In this document: positions 7,854 to 17,010 of the stretch, piece after piece | Layout: every line of letters starts with the position of its first letter | Numbering within the stretch: the stretch's first letter is position 1 | Source: Candidatus Atelocyanobacterium thalassa isolate ALOHA | GTDB taxonomy: Bacteria; Cyanobacteriota; Cyanobacteriia; Cyanobacteriales; Microcystaceae | Assembly: GCF_000025125.1 (NCBI RefSeq) | Contig: NC_013771.1 | Location: 270,001-302,000 of the forward strand | DNA: 32,000 nucleotides | Direction: 5' to 3' | Made by a program: the position numbers and the translations under genes | Notes under the pieces: generated by a model | Database searches by the model: none | What the model was told of the DNA's origin: nothing | The model's input: only the letters and a program-made list of their open reading frames with translations

Positions 7854-10334
7854 TCATAACAAAGGACTTAAATGTTTCCATCCTTTTATAACATTACCTT
7901 GCATAAGAAGACTTACTCCTTTTAGTAATTGAAATTCTTTTAGGTCAGGATTCTTTTCAAGAGCAAATTTCAACGCTATCTCTGCTTTTTTAGGCTGCCA
8001 ATCATAAAGATAGACAAAAGCGAGATAAGCATAATGATAGGGATTATCTTGATATGATTTGATTAGTTGTTTTAGAGACTCTATAGTTTTTTCAGAGTTT
8101 TCCTGTAAAACTTGAGATAGTATTAATCCATAATTCCAATCTAAGGAAATATCTTCGACGTTTTCCTTTAAACGATAGTCTAATGAAATTTCTGTTTGTT
8201 TTAAGTAATCTTGAATAGGATCATATTGATTAAAACGACTAACTTTACTAAAAATCATGTCTAATCCAGATACTCCCTGAGCTAAGTTAGTGGAAGCATA
8301 TCTCAGTTGAGTACTTAAATCTAATTCAGGTGATGGAATAGATTCGGAACTATTTTTGATAGTTAAAGTTACATTAGGAGTATTAATTGGATAACTTTCA
8401 TGAGTAACACGATTATAATAAGTTCCTTTAAGAGTATACTCTCCATTCTCTACATCTTTAATGGGGAGCATTGCTATATTTTCTATAACTTTAAATCCTG
8501 TTTTCCCTTGATTATTGTTCCATAACGTTCCTTGCCCAATTCCATGATCATGAATCCAAGCTATTTTGTCACTATTCAAGTTTTTATTGTGCCAAGACAA
8601 TAGAACTATACCTTGTTGTAAATCCTTCCAGTTACCTAACCACTCATACCTAATAGGTATCGGAAATTTTGAAGAAACTACATTAGGAATATTTATTTTA
8701 TTTAAGATAACTTTATTAATAGACTTATTCAGTTCACTAACTTTAATAGATTCTTCTTTGCGATGGTACAATTTTACTAGTGAGTGATCGGGCATATTCC
8801 AAGTTTTTATAACTTTAAATTGAGGATCAATATCTAATTGTTTAGCAAAATTTAATTGATGATCTCTAGTAAATCCCTTGTCACCCGTCTTAGTAAGAAA
8901 CCACTCAAAAGATTTTTTATCTTGTTCAAGATACTTAATCTTATTTCCTAATTCTCTTCCATAAACTTGAGACCCTAGTAATTGTCCATAATAATTAATA
9001 TTATTGTGATTGATAGTGTCAGTATTGGCGATAACTCCTAAATTAATAATTTTATTTGGTGTCGTTTCTTGAGCTGTTTTTATAATAGATTCAATAGGTA
9101 TTGTTTCTCCTATATAAGGATGAAATGTAGTTTTAGAATTTATATATGATAGTGCCTGAATGCCAGGAACAGGAAATAGATTTACTGTCATGAATAAAAT
9201 ACCTGAAACTAAAGTTATCCATTTAGCAAATCTCCATTTCTCTTTCCATAAATTTAAGCAATAGCCTAAAAATATAGCTAGGATTGGTAAGTAAGGCATT
9301 ATGTATCTGCTATCTTTGTTAAAAATAGCAGAGCAAATCAAGTACGAACCAAAAAAGTAAACTCCTAGCCATTGAAATGATTCTATATATTTCTTATTGC
9401 TTACATTATGTTTAGGTTTTAAAAAACGTTCTAATAAATATAAAAACAGTCCTACCAAAGGAATTAAAAGTGTAATAAATCCTATAGCTGATGGTAGATC
9501 ATGCCAATAGAAAGTCCATGCATCTAAAGTATTTAATGGTGGGTCACCTTCATAAGTGGCAGGGATATCATTAGAGTTACGAATAGTACTAAACAAATAG
9601 ATCCAATTAGTACTATACCAAGGAAACCATAGAAGACTAGAGGTGAAAAAACTAAAAATTAATTGTACTATCCTTTCCCATTTTTGTTGCCACAAATAAC
9701 TAATAAACAACCAAAGTAAAGGTACCGTGAGAAAAAACATGGTACTTTGCTTGGTAAGCAAAGCAAGTCCCCAAAATATCCCAAAGACGAATGACCACAA
9801 CCATTTCTTTGATCTATTATTTTCATATTTCCACATAGTTAGACAGCAAAAAGAAGCTATTGTGAAAGTTACTAAAGGAGTATCTATTAAAAATTGCAAC
9901 CGATTTTCATATAAACGCGGAAATATAACAGATAAACCAGCACTCCACAACCCAACTTTTGGATTAAATAATACTTTACCAATACTATAAATTGATAATA
10001 TTAATATAAAACTGTATAAAAAATTAGATAAAAGAGCTTGATCGTTTCCTAAGCCGAATATTTTTTGAGGAAGAGCACCAATGATATATGTTAAAGGGGG
10101 ATATTTCGTTGATATTTTCCAGAAATTATGCCACCACTCTGAATTCAAGAATTCTGGAGAAGTTAAAATATGGAAATATTCTAAAGATTTATTCAAATGG
10201 TTACTTTGATCCCAAGCAGGTATAGATTTATCTAAAGCTAGCCACAAACGATCAAAAAAATTACTTCCTAACCATATCACTCCTAAAATTATCCAAATTC
10301 TAATTTTATTTAAAAAAAGTTTTTCAATAGACAT
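7854..10334 (-). CDS. ArnT/PMT-like membrane glycosyltransferase (GT39/GT83-type) with soluble middle region and C-terminal TPR
   Basis: The N-terminal ~400 aa are polytopic, with an ArnT/PMT_2-like start (DRLWLALDKSIPAWDQSNHL) and many TM helices. The C-terminal region has TPR-like repeats (NPYHYAYLAFVYLYDWQPKKAEIALKFALEKNPD). Confidence 0.7.
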   Translation of the reverse strand: MSIEKLFLNKIRIWIILGVIWLGSNFFDRLWLALDKSIPAWDQSNHLNKSLEYFHILTSPEFLNSEWWHNFWKISTKYPPLTYIIGALPQKIFGLGNDQALLSNFLYSFILILSIYSIGKVLFNPKVGLWSAGLSVIFPRLYENRLQFLIDTPLVTFTIASFCCLTMWKYENNRSKKWLWSFVFGIFWGLALLTKQSTMFFLTVPLLWLFISYLWQQKWERIVQLIFSFFTSSLLWFPWYSTNWIYLFSTIRNSNDIPATYEGDPPLNTLDAWTFYWHDLPSAIGFITLLIPLVGLFLYLLERFLKPKHNVSNKKYIESFQWLGVYFFGSYLICSAIFNKDSRYIMPYLPILAIFLGYCLNLWKEKWRFAKWITLVSGILFMTVNLFPVPGIQALSYINSKTTFHPYIGETIPIESIIKTAQETTPNKIINLGVIANTDTINHNNINYYGQLLGSQVYGRELGNKIKYLEQDKKSFEWFLTKTGDKGFTRDHQLNFAKQLDIDPQFKVIKTWNMPDHSLVKLYHRKEESIKVSELNKSINKVILNKINIPNVVSSKFPIPIRYEWLGNWKDLQQGIVLLSWHNKNLNSDKIAWIHDHGIGQGTLWNNNQGKTGFKVIENIAMLPIKDVENGEYTLKGTYYNRVTHESYPINTPNVTLTIKNSSESIPSPELDLSTQLRYASTNLAQGVSGLDMIFSKVSRFNQYDPIQDYLKQTEISLDYRLKENVEDISLDWNYGLILSQVLQENSEKTIESLKQLIKSYQDNPYHYAYLAFVYLYDWQPKKAEIALKFALEKNPDLKEFQLLKGVSLLMQGNVIKGWKHLSPLL

Positions 10335-10711
10335 AGAATGTAAATTCTTGTTTTTTTATCAAATAGTAAGGTAATTATATATCAAAGTTTTATTTTTCGT
10401 AAAAATCAATAAGTAGTCTACATAGAGATTTTTACTATTGGTAAAAATCAAATTTCGAAAACAATTAGAAAAATTAAAAAATACTTTTTACACAGCATAT
10501 AAATACTTATAAACATAAATAATTTAATAACTTGATAAAATATTTTTTAGCTACAGTTTATTTTTTAAAACTATCGAATATGAGCGTAAATATTACCTGA
10601 TTAAATTTGTCTAGATTTTTATACAATTTGTTCTTATAAAAGTTTTGAAATTATAGTTATTGAACCAGATTTTTTTAGTATCTAATGATATTCCCAAAAG
10701 TTATTAATTTT

Positions 10712-11635
10712 TTAATTACCTCGGTGATTATTATCAAAATGGATTCTTGTTCCTGCCCACTGTAATTTATCTCTGAGAGTTTGATAGAAAGAGTAATTTT
10801 CTCTAAGCACAATAAATTTAGCCATAAAATTTGCCATTCTAACTGAAATCCACTGGCCTGGCCAAATTGAGGTAGCTAAGGAAGCATCAGTCCATAATTT
10901 AGTATGTAACTCATAATCTTCTAGAGGCCATATATCTACTACTGAGCCAGGAGGAATTATAATAGGACGACTCGATAGACTTAAAGGACAAATAGGTGTG
11001 ACTGCAATAGCATCAATTCCAGGATGAATAATAGGACCATTGGCTGAGGCCGTATAGCATGTAGATCCAGTTGGAGTAGCTACTAATAAACCATCTCCTT
11101 GATATTGATCCACAATTTCTCCATCTACTTCTATCTCTAATGTAGCAGTAGGCATCCTATCAATACTTGCAGGCTTAATACACATTTCATTAAGACAATA
11201 AAAACGTTGACTATTTATTCTAGGAGCATAGCGATCACCTTCAAAAATTCGAGCTTCTAGCATCATACGCTGTAACATTGCATAGCGATCGCTTTGAAGA
11301 CGATGCCAAACTTGTTCTGTATTTTTAAACAACTCAAAAGGTTCAGTTAAAAATCCCAAATTCCCACCTATATTTATTGCCAATATAGGTATGCCTTCTG
11401 GAGCTAATTGTCTCGCTGCAGCTAAAACTGTACCATCCCCGCCTAATATTATAGCAAGATCGATTTTTTCTGAAACGGAGGAGAGGAAGACTGGATAAGG
11501 GTTGTCTTTATAACCACTGGGACCCATTAAAACTTTACACTTAAGAGCTTCTAATTGCTTTGCGCAGGTTTGGGCCCAAGCTTTACTGTGATTATCTCCT
11601 GCTTTGTGAGCAATAATGACCTGTTTAAGTTCCAC
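10712..11635 (-). CDS. nadK: NAD+ kinase
   Basis: The 307-aa ORF has the GGDGT motif (AIILGGDGTVLAAARQ), NIGGNLGFLTE and the conserved GDGLLVATPTGSTCYTASANGPIIHP block. Confidence 0.9.
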   Translation of the reverse strand: MELKQVIIAHKAGDNHSKAWAQTCAKQLEALKCKVLMGPSGYKDNPYPVFLSSVSEKIDLAIILGGDGTVLAAARQLAPEGIPILAINIGGNLGFLTEPFELFKNTEQVWHRLQSDRYAMLQRMMLEARIFEGDRYAPRINSQRFYCLNEMCIKPASIDRMPTATLEIEVDGEIVDQYQGDGLLVATPTGSTCYTASANGPIIHPGIDAIAVTPICPLSLSSRPIIIPPGSVVDIWPLEDYELHTKLWTDASLATSIWPGQWISVRMANFMAKFIVLRENYSFYQTLRDKLQWAGTRIHFDNNHRGN

Positions 11636-12263
11636 TTTTATACACTTAGTAATAATCTTACTTAAATAATTAAGTTTAACTTAAATATTAAGGTGGAATT
11701 ACAAAAGAATTTATAATACCTTACTTAAAATTTAAGACAAGATGTTTTAAAATAAAATCTGAAAATTGAAAGTTTATAGCATCAACATGCTTGCATTTAA
11801 TAAAAAATAAAATAGTCTAATATCTTAAAAGTTAGCATTTTAAGACATAACTTATACATAGATTATATTTTTTACTACTTTTAGTTACTGCATACAATAA
11901 CAACCATTATTAAAGAATCTTGTGTACATTAAAGCAAGGCATATACAGGAAAGAAATATAAGACTTTTGTCAATATTAGTAGAAACAAGTTTTTATAACC
12001 AGACAAGAATGTATTATTCGACAAGTCAATTATCTATATTAAGGTCTAAAATATAAAATAGCTATATGATTTTACTGATATTTTTTAGGAGTAAGAAACT
12101 TTTTCTCTATGGTTTGAATACAGTAAAAATATTGATCTAAAACAAAGATTGAATTGAGACTAGTTCAATCTTATTTTAATACTGATAAACAATTATTTAG
12201 TCTAATGTCTGACACAAGATAGAGTATTGATCTCGAAAAACCAATACCCTATAACTAGATTAT

Positions 12264-12692
12264 TTAAACTTCATAAGGAGCTTTATCTGAAAATTTTAAA
12301 GTGACAGGTTCAGGATTAGCCCCGATTTTTCTATCTACTTTACCAGCATAAGAACGTCCTTCTTTTGCTACTTCAGAAGCGACTCCATCAATAGGGTAAA
12401 GAAGCTGAGCATTACCATCAGGAAAAACGCGGTAAACTTTGTAGCTCTCAATTATAGGCTCAAATTTTGTTTGCAACTGTTTTCCTAAGGCTAGACATTG
12501 TTCTTTGGTTGCAAGATGTAAAAGATTTGCTCCTACATTCATAATTGCTGCTCCACCAGTAGGCATTTCAAAAACCTGTTCTGTTCCGCTACTCCAAGTA
12601 ATAGCATATTTTTCTTCAAGATATGCGCTAGAAAGTAAACCACCTGTACTACCTCCAAAAATAGGAAGCTTTCCTTTAAGCTTTTCTGCCAT
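12264..12692 (-). CDS. psaD: Photosystem I reaction centre subunit II PsaD
   Basis: The 142-aa ORF has conserved PsaD blocks ([38 protein letters not shown]) and the basic C-terminal part. Confidence 0.95.
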   Translation of the reverse strand: MAEKLKGKLPIFGGSTGGLLSSAYLEEKYAITWSSGTEQVFEMPTGGAAIMNVGANLLHLATKEQCLALGKQLQTKFEPIIESYKVYRVFPDGNAQLLYPIDGVASEVAKEGRSYAGKVDRKIGANPEPVTLKFSDKAPYEV

Positions 12693-13080
12693 GGTACTTT
12701 GTTTTCCTTAAAAAGTGTTTTAGGGAATCCTATCATTAAGTTATCCCCTATTCCTCAGATTAGTAAAAAACTGTAATAAATATTCGTTAATTTTTGTATG
12801 GAGTTAATTTTGAAACACTAGATTAATGATGAGATTATTATGTACTTCTAGATAGCAAATAGTTCTAAAAGATTAACAGTGAAGCTATTGGAGTTATCTT
12901 GATAGAATATTTTGTTAAAGTAACTGAATTGGTAATGATTTTAAGAACCTTTAAAAATCAGATATTTCTGGTAACAGGACAATTTAGAAATCGATTAAAT
13001 AAAGATCTTAATGCTAATTTTTTGTTTAATAAAGAATTAGAGTATCAATAAAATTAATCCCTAATTCTTTACCAAAATAT

Positions 13081-13383
13081 TTATTTATTTGGGAGAACAT
13101 AACAGAAGCTGAGATGTATGAGACTTCTTTTCCAAGGATGAGCTTGAATTTCTTTAAGTATAACTTCACCCTTCCAGGAGAGATCGGGAATATCGACATT
13201 GATTATCGTTTCATTGACTTTGACATCTCTAAGCATTAATGCAGCTTCTTTCTTATCAACAACTAATTGCATTGATTCAGTACCATTATGTCCATACAAA
13301 GTTGTAGGAAGTAGTCCTTCACGACGAAGAGCATTAGGTTTAGTATTTAGAGGTCTTTTTTGACATTGAATTGATAGAGGCAT
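13081..13383 (-). CDS. rplY: 50S ribosomal protein L25 (short form)
   Basis: From the internal Met, MPLSIQCQKRPLNTKPNALRREGLLPTTLYGHNG...LKEIQAHPWKRSLIHLSF matches the L25 pattern (RR.G..P..lYG ... Q.HP.k....H..F). The 34 upstream codons in the track ORF look non-native. Confidence 0.75.
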   Translation of the reverse strand: MPLSIQCQKRPLNTKPNALRREGLLPTTLYGHNGTESMQLVVDKKEAALMLRDVKVNETIINVDIPDLSWKGEVILKEIQAHPWKRSLIHLSFCYVLPNK

Positions 13384-13899
13384 AACACTTAACTCACTAT
13401 ATAGTTGATTTGATTTTTTATAAATAACGACAAAATCTATCGTTAATGGTGAAAATCTTGAAGTAAATATTCTAAAATACTTCATTTTTCTGCGTTTTTT
13501 GCAATCTAAGCAAAATTATATAAATAAAATTAGTGAAGTTCAGATAAACAATACTACTACGAAAATAAAGACATACTTAACCATATAATTTATAGATTGG
13601 ATATATTTTTATATCTTTATCTTCTAATTCATCAATGATACTTAATTTAATAATATCTAAATAGCTTAGTTAATCAATTTTGATTGAGCAATAATTAAAA
13701 CTTATCACAATATTTACAGCGATACTAACATTTATAGTAATTTTGTCCTTTTAGTTTTATAGTTCTTCTAAAAATCTCTTATTTTTTTGTATTATTGACA
13801 TCAATAAAAAGTCTCATTATCAATATATATTAATAGTTTGATCGTTTATTCTAAGAAAATTAGTGTAAATATAATTCTTTGTATCATTAATATGAATTA

Positions 13900-14661
13900 T
13901 TATTCTGTCATAAAAGTTAGTTCAGAAGTTTTTTTCAGACATAAATAGTCATGATACGGGCATTTATCTTTACAGTTTTTATGATGACCAAAGTTATTAT
14001 TATCTTGGTTAATATCATATAGGTTGTAGTTAAGGTAGTTTAACAATTTGCTTAAGTCCGATTTAGTTTGCTGGTGCTGGTTTTGGCTGTATTGGAAGCT
14101 TAAATATTGAGGCTTATACTTATCTTTTATGAACCAATATGTCATTGAAATATTTTCTGGTGAATAAGTTGATGTTTCTGCTAATAAATATAAATATAAT
14201 CTAGTCTGCCAATCACTTTCTAGCTGTTTTTTATCATTAGGCTTTAAATATGTTTTCCAATCTAAAATTTGTACTTGGTTATTTTTCACAATTAACAAGT
14301 CATATATGGCTGTTAATAAATAATTATCTTTTTTAAAAGTTATGTAATGTTCTGCTTCTGTCCAAAATTGGGAATTTAGAATATGTTTTTCAACAATACA
14401 TTTGAATAAGACTTTTATTACTTCACTTAAATTGGAGTATTGAGCCAATACAGCATCAATTGAGAGACCCATGAAATGCTGCTGCATTAACTGATGGAAT
14501 TGATTCCCCCAATTTAGACTTCTTTGCGATTCTAAGCTTACAGGAAAGTTTAAATGATCTAGATATATTTTCTTAAACTGAGGAGGACAAGTTTCTAATA
14601 AATTTAGTTGAGATTGAGATAAACGTATTAATGAGTTATCACATTTAGGATAGTGTATCAT
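13900..14661 (-). CDS. PD-(D/E)XK (RecB/Cas4-like) nuclease family protein with putative Fe-S cysteines
   Basis: Nuclease motifs appear in order: TEAEH, hhhD (AIYDLL), D-x-K (ILDWKT) and a Q...Y helix (WQTRLYLYLL). One N-terminal Cys (LLETCPPQF) and a C-terminal CKDKCPYHDYLC cluster resemble the Cas4/AddB iron-staple arrangement. Confidence 0.65.
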   Translation of the reverse strand: MIHYPKCDNSLIRLSQSQLNLLETCPPQFKKIYLDHLNFPVSLESQRSLNWGNQFHQLMQQHFMGLSIDAVLAQYSNLSEVIKVLFKCIVEKHILNSQFWTEAEHYITFKKDNYLLTAIYDLLIVKNNQVQILDWKTYLKPNDKKQLESDWQTRLYLYLLAETSTYSPENISMTYWFIKDKYKPQYLSFQYSQNQHQQTKSDLSKLLNYLNYNLYDINQDNNNFGHHKNCKDKCPYHDYLCLKKTSELTFMTE

Positions 14662-14857
14662 CTAAATATCGACCTCATATATTATGACTAATAAGTATTA
14701 TAGTATTAACTTTTATTACATTTATGTAAAGCACTAATAAGAAATAAGGAACTCCATTTTCATATGTCCTGTCTTTTCCCTAAGATTAAAAAACTTGGTA
14801 GCGTAATAAAATAACTCTATCTTGTCAGTCTTTAAACATAAATTTATAGCTTAGATC

Positions 14858-16081
14858 ATGAAGATATCTACTTTACCATTACGATTAACTGCCATTGTAG
14901 CTATTGCTTTTAATAACTGTTTTTTTTCAAGCTTAGTTGCTAAAGCCTATACTTTTAGCGAGACTACTGTCGACCAAAACAAAGTTATTGCCATTGCCAG
15001 ACCTTATGGTCAAGGTAAATATGATTTATTAGTAATTGAACAAATAGAGGGGAAAAGAAATTGTTGGAAAGAACAGGGGCAAAATCCAGTTTTAATTGAT
15101 CCTTTGTTAATTAATTTTGATTTTACTGGTATCTGTCGACGCTCTACAGATAGTAATGGTTATTCAATACGTCTTGATGGTAATGATTTAGGATTAGATT
15201 ATTTATTACGTATAGTTAATCGTAATGGAGAACTGCAATTAGTAGGAACTCCTAGAAGTAATAATTATAGTGAAATAGTTTTAGGCACCACTCAGGGATT
15301 AGCTTCTGGGTTTATGAAAATTAATCTATATTCAGGTTGGCAATTTACAAAACGAACTTACCAAAATAAGGTACTAGGACATTTTTATCTTAGTGGTTCT
15401 CAGGTAGCTATTAACAAGGGACAAAATAATTCTACACAATCTAATTTCTCTACTGCATCTATAGCTAAGAACAGCTCTCAAAATAATTTAATAGATATTC
15501 AAGGTGAGAAATATGAGAATGAAATTTCTCAAGTAGTTGATGTAGGCTTAATGTCGGGATTTAAGGATAATACCTTTCGTCCAAATCAATCTATTAATCA
15601 AGGCCAATTAATTTCTATGGCGGTTAACGTAATCAATGCTGTTCAGAAGATAGGTTCAGAAACAACCCAAGGTAGTGATAACAGTAACATCATGTCCTCA
15701 GAAAACTCTTATCAAGATACAAGTAAGATGAAGTGGGCCTACTCAAATTTTTTAAATACAGGGAATACCAACAACGTATTGCAGACAAATAAATCGGTTA
15801 ACCGTTCAGAATTAATTAATGCTATGCAACGTGTGGTTGTCTATCTAAGAAAAGAATTAAATATTTCGAAAGATACCCAAAATAGTAATCAGGCTACTTC
15901 GGATAGCTCAGCTATATCTTCAATAAAACAAAAATCAAAATATTGCAATATGGTTACTGCTAAAAATGAAAAAGAAGTTACCTCTGATTTAGAAGGTAAG
16001 GCAACTCGTGGCTATACAGCATCCGTTTTAGCCAAAGTTTTGGATTGTTTGAAATCTGAAATAGAACAAAATAATAAGTAG
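14858..16081 (+). CDS. Secreted DUF3747-like / SLH-like domain protein
   Basis: It has an N-terminal signal-like hydrophobic segment. A block resembling cyanobacterial DUF3747 follows (VIAIARPYGQGKYDLLVIEQI...NCWKE...FDFTGICRRSTDSNGYSIRL). Then come an N/Q/S-rich linker and an SLH-like segment (GLMSGFKDNTFRPNQSINQGQLISMAV). Confidence 0.6.
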   Translation: MKISTLPLRLTAIVAIAFNNCFFSSLVAKAYTFSETTVDQNKVIAIARPYGQGKYDLLVIEQIEGKRNCWKEQGQNPVLIDPLLINFDFTGICRRSTDSNGYSIRLDGNDLGLDYLLRIVNRNGELQLVGTPRSNNYSEIVLGTTQGLASGFMKINLYSGWQFTKRTYQNKVLGHFYLSGSQVAINKGQNNSTQSNFSTASIAKNSSQNNLIDIQGEKYENEISQVVDVGLMSGFKDNTFRPNQSINQGQLISMAVNVINAVQKIGSETTQGSDNSNIMSSENSYQDTSKMKWAYSNFLNTGNTNNVLQTNKSVNRSELINAMQRVVVYLRKELNISKDTQNSNQATSDSSAISSIKQKSKYCNMVTAKNEKEVTSDLEGKATRGYTASVLAKVLDCLKSEIEQNNK

Positions 16082-16235
16082 TTTATAGTTCTGTTTTAAC
16101 TATACGATTATGTAAAAATTGAAGTTACAAAATAAAATTATTATATTTAACCTTCAAAATAATTGTAAAAATATGATAATTTTTCTGACCAGTAATAGCA
16201 TGGCATTAATTTATTAAAAGTTAAATTGACCTTAT

Positions 16236-16280
16236 AGATCTCAAAGATTTTTTATTAAAACTTTGAGATCTTTTAGTTTT
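16236..16280 (+). terminator. Terminator-like hairpin downstream of the DUF3747/SLH gene
   Basis: AGATCTCAAAG (16236-16246) pairs perfectly with CTTTGAGATCT (16261-16271), an 11-bp stem extendable with one bulge. It is followed by TTTAGTTTTT. Confidence 0.5.
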
Positions 16281-16387
16281 TAAATAAAGCTTGATAGTGT
16301 GACAATTTAAAAAATGTCATATTGCATGTCACTTATTGCTACCAAGATGATATGGTGTATTAGTGTGTAAGGAGTAAGAGTGACTTG

Positions 16388-16440
16388 AAAAGGTCCCTGA
16401 AGTCGAAACATGGCAAGACGTTCTGGACCTTTTCTTTTCT
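16388..16440 (+). terminator. Second plus-strand terminator-like hairpin (possible 3' end of a small transcript)
   Basis: AAAAGGTCC (16388-16396) pairs with GGACCTTTT (16425-16433), with inner pairing GAAGTC/GAC(G)TTC. It is followed by CTTTTCTT. It is locally GC-rich relative to its surroundings. Confidence 0.45.
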
Positions 16441-16466
16441 TACATCTTTAACAAAAGTATTTTTCC

Positions 16467-16559
16467 ATATCCATACATAAAACGTAGCCCCTCGAAGGTT
16501 AGAAAACGATTTCTAGTTATTTTCTAACCTTCGAGGGGCTACGTTTTATGTATGGATAT
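16467..16559. repeat. Perfect 40-bp inverted repeat (93-nt hairpin, 13-nt loop) at the 3' end of atpC
   Basis: The left arm 16467-16506 (ATATCCATACATAAAACGTAGCCCCTCGAAGGTTAGAAAA) is the exact reverse complement of the right arm 16520-16559, checked base by base. The right arm ends 12 nt from the atpC stop codon. Confidence 0.9.
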
Positions 16560-16571
16560 AGAGATCTTGAT

Positions 16572-16982
16572 TTAAGATACTATTCCAGCAGCATTTAAAC
16601 GAGCTTTCGCACGTTTGAATGCATTAGAAGCTTTAATTTTCTCTAAACTTTCATTTCCTTTATTGGCTTCTTCTAGTTTAGCTTGAGCGATGTTGTACTC
16701 TTGCTTTGCTTCTTCTTTGTCAATAGAATTTCCTATCTCAGCAAAGTTTACCAAAACCTTTACTTCATCTTGTTCGACTTCTGCAAAACCTCCCATTACT
16801 GCTACGTTTTGCCATTCCTTATCTGTTCTAATACGCATTACTCCAGTATCAAGAGCAGTTAAAAGAGGTGCATGTCCACTTAAAATTCCCAACTGTCCTG
16901 AAATACTTGGTAAAACAACTTCTTGAACAGTATTGTCCCAAACGGTCTTATCTGGGGTGATTACACGAACTGTTAGTACCAT
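16572..16982 (-). CDS. atpC: F0F1 ATP synthase epsilon subunit
   Basis: The 136-aa ORF is a typical epsilon ([40 protein letters not shown]). It lies downstream of atpD, matching the cyanobacterial atpBE arrangement. Confidence 0.95.
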   Translation of the reverse strand: MVLTVRVITPDKTVWDNTVQEVVLPSISGQLGILSGHAPLLTALDTGVMRIRTDKEWQNVAVMGGFAEVEQDEVKVLVNFAEIGNSIDKEEAKQEYNIAQAKLEEANKGNESLEKIKASNAFKRAKARLNAAGIVS

Positions 16983-17010
16983 ATTAATTATTAATTATCA
17001 GTTGTTAGAA

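Noticed and set aside
8566-9990. Plus-strand ORFs 8566-8787 and 9727-9990 inside the 826-aa glycosyltransferase gene
   Set aside because: They are antisense to a long, coherent membrane-protein ORF, and are short with low-complexity products.
12505-12736. ORFs 12505-12711 (+) and 12539-12736 (-) overlapping psaD
   Set aside because: psaD in the third frame is unambiguous. These are alternative-frame or antisense artefacts.
16314-16411. Tiny ORFs in the candidate sRNA region: 18 aa on plus (16314-16370, MSYCMSLIATKMIWCISV) and about 34 aa on minus starting at 16411, considered as possible type I toxin peptides
   Set aside because: They are too short, with no SD, no clear TM helix of sufficient length and no antisense-RNA architecture I can demonstrate.
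16380-16440. Possible SRP (4.5S) RNA, because GGTCCCTGAAGTCGAAACATGGCAAGACG vaguely resembles the helix-8 region and contains a GNRA-like GAAA loop
   Set aside because: The near-invariant SRP RNA core (GGAAGCAGC / AGGUCAGGUCC-type symmetric-loop sequence) is absent. I kept the region only as a generic terminator or sRNA candidate.
16690-16926. Plus-strand ORF antisense to atpC, plus similar shadow ORFs at 20561-20746 (in polA), 24330-24539 (in ribE) and 30678-31010 (in ffh)
   Set aside because: All lie within strongly conserved genes on the opposite strand and lack any recognisable motifs.
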